Assembly (NCBI GenBank): GCA_965217035.1
Contig: OZ244226.1
Span: forward strand, 1,966,146-2,030,145
Direction: 5' to 3'
Length of the DNA: 64,000 nt
Source of the DNA: Bacteriovoracaceae bacterium
GTDB lineage: Bacteria > Bdellovibrionota > Bacteriovoracia > Bacteriovoracales > Bacteriovoracaceae
Position numbers and translations under genes: made by a program. Shown piece by piece: positions 58,416 to 64,000 of the stretch (positions are counted from its first letter, which is position 1; every line of letters begins with the position of its first letter). The notes under the pieces are model-generated. The model searched no databases and was not told the DNA's origin. It saw only the letters and a list, made by a program, of their open reading frames with translations.

Positions 58416-58444
58416 AGGTTAAGCTGAGGTTAAATTGAAGTCAA
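58416..58444 (-). promoter_or_regulatory. Sigma70 promoter of the riboswitch RNA
   Basis: Minus strand TTGACT-N17-TAACCT; the predicted start falls at the 5' strand of P1. Confidence 0.65.
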
Positions 58445-58490
58445 TATAAGTAATTGTACCTTATCAGCCTAGTTGATAGGATGGTTATAA

Positions 58491-58928
58491 GTGAAAAATA
58501 AACTTTATAATCATATTTTTAATTTTATAAAAAGCCGACTATTCCGCTTTCTCATCGTTGGATTTTTTAATACTGTCGTTCACAATGGAATCTACTATAT
58601 ACTGATGAATATCAATAGCTGGTCGTCTACTGTTAATAACCTTATTACTTTTTGTTTTAGTTCTCAGGTTGCTTATATTAGTCATCGTTTTGTTACGTTT
58701 TCTAATCCAGACAATCTCAAGCTTCACACTTCTTTTTTTAAGTTTATTACACAGTCTTTAACAAATATCGGTTTAAGTTCACTTTTTAGTTTGATTGTTG
58801 TTGATTATTTCAAATATCATTATTATTCCCTGATAGTGTTCAATGTGACTGTTCTTCCTTTTATCTCATACTCTATGATGAGACTTTGGGTTTTTCAGTC
58901 GAAAGGTTCCAATGAGACAGCTTCTTAA
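58491..58928 (+). CDS. GtrA-family flippase-like membrane protein
   Basis: RFLIVGFFNT start, four TM segments, HRFVTF and RLWVF ends. Confidence 0.85.
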   Translation: MKNKLYNHIFNFIKSRLFRFLIVGFFNTVVHNGIYYILMNINSWSSTVNNLITFCFSSQVAYISHRFVTFSNPDNLKLHTSFFKFITQSLTNIGLSSLFSLIVVDYFKYHYYSLIVFNVTVLPFISYSMMRLWVFQSKGSNETAS

Positions 58929-61029
58929 CAAAAGAGCTCTTATTGTTCTCTTGGAAATATTAACGGTTATCTTGTTTCTTGTTCTCTTTTGGGAACCTTT
59001 CAATCTTTCCTATCTTTTTACTGAGACTCATATTTCTGGAGGAGATACGATTTCCCATCCTTGGATTTCTCGATCATTAAAGAATCTTTGGCATCAAGGT
59101 CGTTTTTGGGGATGGAATGAAAGTTGGGGAGCAGGTTTCCCATTTCTTTATTTTTATTTTTATCCTGTTTATATACTCTCTAATTTCATAAATTTTTTAG
59201 GCTTCTCGGAAGCTGTTTCTTTCAAATTGATGGTTTTTTTCATCATTTCTCTTTTACCAATCAGCTATTATTTTTCGAGTAGAAGATGGCTCAGTCAACC
59301 TTATGCAATCGCCCTGACAGCAATGGGTTTTTTTCTCTTCTTGGATGGTGATTCTTCATATTATGGGGGAAATTTAAAAAGTGTCCTCGCTGGCCAAATG
59401 TCACATCATTTAGGCCTTGTTTGTCTCATTTGCTATTTAGGATTTTTATTAAAAAGAAAAGTTAATACTTTTTTAGGTGTTATTTTCCTCTCTCTCTCTG
59501 TTCTTTCTCATGTGTATTCAGGGATATATGCCATTCTTTTTACTCTTATTTTCTGGTTTATTGATATTATTAAAAACAAAGATTTTAAAGTCATTCTAAA
59601 ATCTTTGAAAGGAGCTCTTGTAGGAGTAGGACTTACTGCTTTTTTTTGGGCTCCACTTATTTTTTATCGAAATGCTACTGTAACCCCAATTAATCAATGG
59701 AATGTAGATTGGCAAGAGATTATCAAAATCCTTCAATTCAAAAATCATTGGTTCTTTTTGATCTATACTTTCGCTACAATTGGAAGCTTTGTTAATTTAT
59801 TTAATAAAAAATCGGAGAATCGATTTTTCTATTTTGGAATTTTGATTTTGGCTTATGGATCAGTTTTTATCATGCCCCATTTAATGAATAGTCCTATTTT
59901 ACATATACGGCTAGTTCCTCAAGTTTTTTTAATCATGATCCTTGTAGGAGTCTCAAGTTTAAATGATTTGAATTTGAAAAAAGGTATTCATTTTAGTTTA
60001 GCAATTTTAATTAGTTTTTCTTTTATGCAGATAAATTTAAAATCAACAATTCTTGATAAAGTACTTCCTTCGAAAGCTCGTAATCAATTCAAAGATCTTC
60101 CAAATTGGTGGCGGTGGAATATGTCAGGGATAGAACAAAAGCCCGGGATTCAAGATGTATTTGATTTATGGGAGTTTATGAAGAATTTTCCTGATAATGA
60201 AGGAAGGTTCGCTTTTGAATATTTCAATTATAATAGTTTTGGCTCTCCTCGGATTTTTGAGTTAACACCTTTCATGACTGGAAAGTCGGTTTTTGAATCA
60301 TTATTGATGGAAAGCTCGGTTAATTATCCTGCAAGCTATTATATTAATTATCTTGTTAAAACTGAAACTTGGTGGCCAGGATTTCCTATCAAGACTCCTC
60401 AACCAGACATTAGAAAGGCTGTAAAATTCTTCTCTTTATTTAATATGAAATATTTTGTTGCTCATTCTCCACAAGTTAGAAATATTATGAGTAGTCTTAA
60501 TAAAAAAATCATTTATCAAAATCGATCATTTATTATTTATGAGATGAATCCCTTCACGAGAATAGCTAATGTTCTTGAAGGAGATTTACCTGAATATCAA
60601 TTCGAAAAACCTCTTTATGCTTCAGTCGAAAACTTCCCTCATTCGTTAGAAACTATTACTAAAATAATTCATGGGACTCGCTCTTTCGAGTTTCCAGATA
60701 GAAGAGCTCAGGATCTTAAACCAATACATGGTTATTGGTTAGATCAAAAACAAAGATATGTAGTGCCTGAAACCTCTGCAACTCAAGAGGCTCCTAAAAG
60801 GATTCTTTTTAAAATCTCATATTTTCCTAATTGGAAAACAAATACAGGGGAAGAAGTTCAGCTTGTAAGCCCAAATTTAATGATGGTTGAGACACGTTCT
60901 TCTCGTATCGAAATTTCCTATGAAATAGGATGGATAGAAAAATTAAGTCTAAGCCTATCCATTATTACCCTTCTTGGCTTAATATGGTGTTATGGGAGAA
61001 AGTTTAATCCATTCAAGCGCAGTTATTGA
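58912..61029 (+). CDS. Polytopic membrane protein, PTPS-related/YfhO-like (putative GT-C glycosyltransferase)
   Basis: GGDTISH, W...WGAGFPFLYFY, ~11 TM segments, periplasmic C-terminal domain KISYFPNW...VSPNLM.V and terminal TM. Confidence 0.7.
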   Translation: MRQLLNKRALIVLLEILTVILFLVLFWEPFNLSYLFTETHISGGDTISHPWISRSLKNLWHQGRFWGWNESWGAGFPFLYFYFYPVYILSNFINFLGFSEAVSFKLMVFFIISLLPISYYFSSRRWLSQPYAIALTAMGFFLFLDGDSSYYGGNLKSVLAGQMSHHLGLVCLICYLGFLLKRKVNTFLGVIFLSLSVLSHVYSGIYAILFTLIFWFIDIIKNKDFKVILKSLKGALVGVGLTAFFWAPLIFYRNATVTPINQWNVDWQEIIKILQFKNHWFFLIYTFATIGSFVNLFNKKSENRFFYFGILILAYGSVFIMPHLMNSPILHIRLVPQVFLIMILVGVSSLNDLNLKKGIHFSLAILISFSFMQINLKSTILDKVLPSKARNQFKDLPNWWRWNMSGIEQKPGIQDVFDLWEFMKNFPDNEGRFAFEYFNYNSFGSPRIFELTPFMTGKSVFESLLMESSVNYPASYYINYLVKTETWWPGFPIKTPQPDIRKAVKFFSLFNMKYFVAHSPQVRNIMSSLNKKIIYQNRSFIIYEMNPFTRIANVLEGDLPEYQFEKPLYASVENFPHSLETITKIIHGTRSFEFPDRRAQDLKPIHGYWLDQKQRYVVPETSATQEAPKRILFKISYFPNWKTNTGEEVQLVSPNLMMVETRSSRIEISYEIGWIEKLSLSLSIITLLGLIWCYGRKFNPFKRSY

Positions 61030-61582
61030 TCCAGGTGCACAAATTGATTCGTCTTGCAGAGTTTGGCACTTTGCTCATGTAAGAGAGAAAGCGATTCTTG
61101 AAAAAGGTGTTTCGATTGGAAAAAATGTTTATATTGATAGAGCTGTGAAAGTAGGAGAATACTCTCGGATTCAAAATGGAGTTTCTGTTTACCAAGGAAT
61201 TAATATAAAACCTTGGAGTTTTATTGGACCTCACGTTATTTTTACAAATGATCAAAGACCCAGAGTTGGAAAAAAGAATTGGGAAGTTATTGAAACTAAT
61301 CTTAAAACAGGTTGTTCAATAGGAGCTGGTGCAATCATTATTTGTGGAATTACAATTGGAGATTTTGCAATGGTTGCGGCGGGTTCGATTGTAACTAAAG
61401 ATGTTCCTCCATTTCATTTAGTACTTGGAGCCCCTTCCGAAGTTCGTTCTAAAATTTGTGCTTGTGGAGACACGATGATTGATATTAATGACAATTCAAA
61501 AGATTTTGTTCGAGATTGTTGTAAAAAGAACCTAGATGAAAATCTTTTGAAAATTGCACTTGAAATTCAAAAAAATGTATAG
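60992..61582 (+). CDS. Hexapeptide-repeat sugar N-acetyltransferase (WbpD/WlbB-like)
   Basis: IHSSAVID, VWHFAHV, IQNGVSVY, FTND, GAGA, VTKDVP. Confidence 0.85.
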   Translation: MGESLIHSSAVIDPGAQIDSSCRVWHFAHVREKAILEKGVSIGKNVYIDRAVKVGEYSRIQNGVSVYQGINIKPWSFIGPHVIFTNDQRPRVGKKNWEVIETNLKTGCSIGAGAIIICGITIGDFAMVAAGSIVTKDVPPFHLVLGAPSEVRSKICACGDTMIDINDNSKDFVRDCCKKNLDENLLKIALEIQKNV

Positions 61583-62267
61583 CTTTGTCATTCCTTTTCA
61601 TGATGATTACAAAAAAGTTTTAAAGACGGTCCGTTTAATTGAAGACAAAAAAGAAATTTACGAGATAGAAGAAATCCTTCTCTGTCATAATGGGAAAAAA
61701 TTAAGTACTCAAGCAGAAATAGAACTTAAAAGTTTAGGAGGATTATCAAAATATCTTCATACTGATCGCCCTGGTATTGGTGCTGGATATCGGCTTGGTC
61801 TTTTAAATTCTCAATCGAAGTATACAGTATTATCTGCAAGTGATTTACCTTTTGGATTCACAGACTTAGAAAATATTAAAAAGAAAAACATAACTCCCGA
61901 ATTTGTAATTGGAAGTAAATGGGTCTCCGGATCAGTTCTTGAGGGATATGGATTTCTTCGAAAACAAAGCTCTTTTCTTTTCTGGTTCCTACGTTTTTTT
62001 CTTTTAGGAAAGGAAACTCCTCGAGACTCTCAAGGAACTATTGTTGTTGAAACTTGTAAAGGGAGAGATGTTTTAAATGAAGTTGTTTCCGACAATTATT
62101 TCTTTTCTCTTGAGTTTATAACGATTATGCAATCAAAAGGATTTAAAATTTATGAGGTTCCAGTAAAATTAGAAAACCATTCCTCTGATTCTTCTGTTTC
62201 TTTGATCAGAGATGGTTGGAGTATGTTTAAAGATCTTATAAACTTAAGAAGGAAAATTAAAAAGTGA
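61575..62267 (+). CDS. GT2 polyprenol-phosphate glycosyltransferase-like protein
   Basis: SFVIP, GIGAGYRLG, SASDLPF, VIGSK, RDSQG, YEVPV; start 61575. Confidence 0.75.
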   Translation: MYSFVIPFHDDYKKVLKTVRLIEDKKEIYEIEEILLCHNGKKLSTQAEIELKSLGGLSKYLHTDRPGIGAGYRLGLLNSQSKYTVLSASDLPFGFTDLENIKKKNITPEFVIGSKWVSGSVLEGYGFLRKQSSFLFWFLRFFLLGKETPRDSQGTIVVETCKGRDVLNEVVSDNYFFSLEFITIMQSKGFKIYEVPVKLENHSSDSSVSLIRDGWSMFKDLINLRRKIKK

Positions 62268-63064
62268 AATTGTTTTTGTTCTGTCTCATTTCATTTTCTA
62301 GTTATGCAGGAAGCATTAGTTTAGTCACCTCAATGGGAATCGATCAAACCAAACCAGTTCCTGAAATCTATGGAAGTATTTATAATACAGGAACTGACAC
62401 TGCAAAAGATATTTTTTTTACATATAAAGAATCTGCTGTTCCAATAAAACTATTTCCTAGAATAAGTTCTAGAGAAACAAGGAATTTTCGTTTTCAATTT
62501 CCAGATTTGTCCAAGATGACAAAAGATAAAAAGGGCGTTCATGCTCTTGCTTTTCTTTTGAACTATAAAGATTTAAATAATTATTCTTTCAGCGCACCTG
62601 TTATTAAGACTCATACGATCGGAAAGAAATCAGTTAAACTACCTATTCAGATAATAAGAAATAATAAAGTTCTTATCTTGAAAGGGAAGATTAAGGAACA
62701 GCTTAAATTAAAAAACCTAAGTGATGATGTTATCGATCTTAGTCTTAGGGGAGTCAGTAGTGCAGAGATTGAGTTTTATGTTCCTAAAAAAATAAAACTT
62801 AATCCAAGAGAAATAAAAACAATTAATCTTTTAATAGAGAATAACTCAGGGCTGCTCGGCTCATCTTATTTTCTCTTTTTTATAGCGAAAAGAGATCAAG
62901 CAACTGAAATCCAAACCCAAATTATAACGATTCAAGCTACTATTAGAAAGGCCAGGCCGGTTTCAGGGAAAACTGAGCTTCCTCTTGTTCTTTTAGCTCT
63001 TCTCCTTGTTTCTTCCCTTTGTATTTTCATTATCGAGAGGAAGAGTTCTTTTAACGTTTTTTAG
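62264..63064 (+). CDS. Exported protein with C-terminal membrane anchor
   Basis: Signal peptide; Ig-like beta-rich body; C-terminal hydrophobic helix followed by ERK. Confidence 0.6.
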   Translation: MKLFLFCLISFSSYAGSISLVTSMGIDQTKPVPEIYGSIYNTGTDTAKDIFFTYKESAVPIKLFPRISSRETRNFRFQFPDLSKMTKDKKGVHALAFLLNYKDLNNYSFSAPVIKTHTIGKKSVKLPIQIIRNNKVLILKGKIKEQLKLKNLSDDVIDLSLRGVSSAEIEFYVPKKIKLNPREIKTINLLIENNSGLLGSSYFLFFIAKRDQATEIQTQIITIQATIRKARPVSGKTELPLVLLALLLVSSLCIFIIERKSSFNVF

Positions 63065-63192
63065 GACGATTTTCGAACTTTTTAAATTTAGAAGAGGGAT
63101 TCACAAATCTTTAGAGTTTTAGGTTTAACGATGATGTGCCAACTAGAATTGGGGATATAAAGGTTCTCTTTCTTAGCTAACTTATCGAAATC

Positions 63193-63219
63193 TAAAGAAG
63201 TCTTAGTATTTCCCGATAG
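63193..63219 (+). promoter_or_regulatory. Sigma28 promoter
   Basis: TAAAGAAG-N11-CCCGATAG upstream of the 63277 gene. Confidence 0.55.
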
Positions 63220-63276
63220 GAATAGTCAAGAGAGCTTTATTCTTAAAACACGTAGATGTTTTTCTTGGAGGACAAG

Positions 63277-64000
63277 ATGAAAATCTTCATTACTCTATTC
63301 AGTTTGTTGCTTTTATTCAGCTGTAGTGAAGACGAGAGTTTTAGAATTGTTGCAGGGCCTGCTCCGGCAGCAGTTATTGTGCAAGATTGTAGTTACAGTG
63401 CAGCTCTTAATTTTGTTGATGGTGCAGGAGAAGATGGATCATGTCGATTCGCTTTTTGTAATGAAGACAATTACGAAAACTCAAATAGACCTTATTACGA
63501 AAATGTCATTCAACCTTATCTTAATGATCTTCAAGTAAAAGGAATTCCGTTCTCCGGAGGAATTGATTCTCAAGCATGTGAAAATAAAATTGGATGCAAG
63601 AATACCTATGCAGATAATTATGATAGTGAAGCCGCTATAGAGTCTGAACTTTGTATTTTTTCTGGATGCCCAGAACAAGATCCTGCTTATCTCGCATCTT
63701 TCAACGCTTATATAGATCAATACCCTAATTATTCGATTACGAGAAGTTGTGATCAAGTAAAGACCTTAAGCTTTAAAAAGATACCAACTGAGGTTATTGC
63801 AACTAACCCTTTTTCTGATAATGTTGAAGTTGAAATCAGAAATGTTCTTGATATGACCTTAACAAGTAATAACACTGCTCAAATTACATTGAGTGCTTGG
63901 TTAGATAATCAGTGTACAGTTCCTGCTGCCGGAAATCTTCTTGGAACATTAACAAGAACGGTTGTTGCTGGAGTTGCAACATTTAATGATCTTATTCACG
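63277..64000 (+). CDS. Large surface lipoprotein (partial; runs off the window; not in ORF track)
   Basis: GGAGG RBS; MKIFITLFSLLLLFSC lipobox; open to the window end; C..A.NF..DGSC and GC...A.NY..A..C Cys repeats, then an Ig-like segment ending GVATFNDL. Confidence 0.8.
   Translation, partial: MKIFITLFSLLLLFSCSEDESFRIVAGPAPAAVIVQDCSYSAALNFVDGAGEDGSCRFAFCNEDNYENSNRPYYENVIQPYLNDLQVKGIPFSGGIDSQACENKIGCKNTYADNYDSEAAIESELCIFSGCPEQDPAYLASFNAYIDQYPNYSITRSCDQVKTLSFKKIPTEVIATNPFSDNVEVEIRNVLDMTLTSNNTAQITLSAWLDNQCTVPAAGNLLGTLTRTVVAGVATFNDLIH

Noticed and set aside
63088..63101. 14-nt identity (TTAGAAGAGGGATT) with the candidate sRNA at 16126-16139
   Set aside because: Same-strand match of a length plausible by chance in 64 kb of AT-rich DNA; the hairpin's right arm and the promoter/terminator context are not shared.
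1..64000. CRISPR array, prophage, integrase, rRNA or recognisable defence system
   Set aside because: No regularly spaced repeats, cas, phage structural, integrase or rRNA sequences were recognised by eye.

Overview
AT-rich bacterial chromosome segment. Gene content and promoter types suggest a Bdellovibrionota (Bacteriovoracales-like) genome; this is an inference, not a search result. 1-46.3 kb is mostly core genome. It holds the flgE 3' end, deoC with two aldehyde dehydrogenases, pal-tsaD-rsmA-smpB, a VxrAB-like two-component system, a PilZ gene, recJ, rpmB and transketolase. It also holds a HiPIP-ccoIS-ccoNO-ccoQPG cbb3 oxidase operon and a spore-photoproduct-lyase-family cluster. After tRNA-Ala(GGC) at 46256-46331 the region looks accessory. 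It contains an intact ISL3 with an 8-bp target duplication, gene remnants, a patatin-like protein with Cys at the nucleophile position, a Cys-rich prepilin-like protein, an active subtilase paired with a catalytically dead one, and a GtrA/GT-C/GT2 glycosylation cassette. Two non-coding signals absent from the ORF track stand out. (1) A complete promoter, lysine-riboswitch aptamer and terminator unit on the minus strand at ~58149-58444 has no downstream gene and points head-on into the pseudo-subtilase. (2) A sigma54-type promoter precedes a ~113-nt terminator-ended RNA with GGA-loop hairpins (CsrA/RsmA-decoy-like) at ~16082-16194. Family assignments come from motif recognition by eye; no database searches were run.
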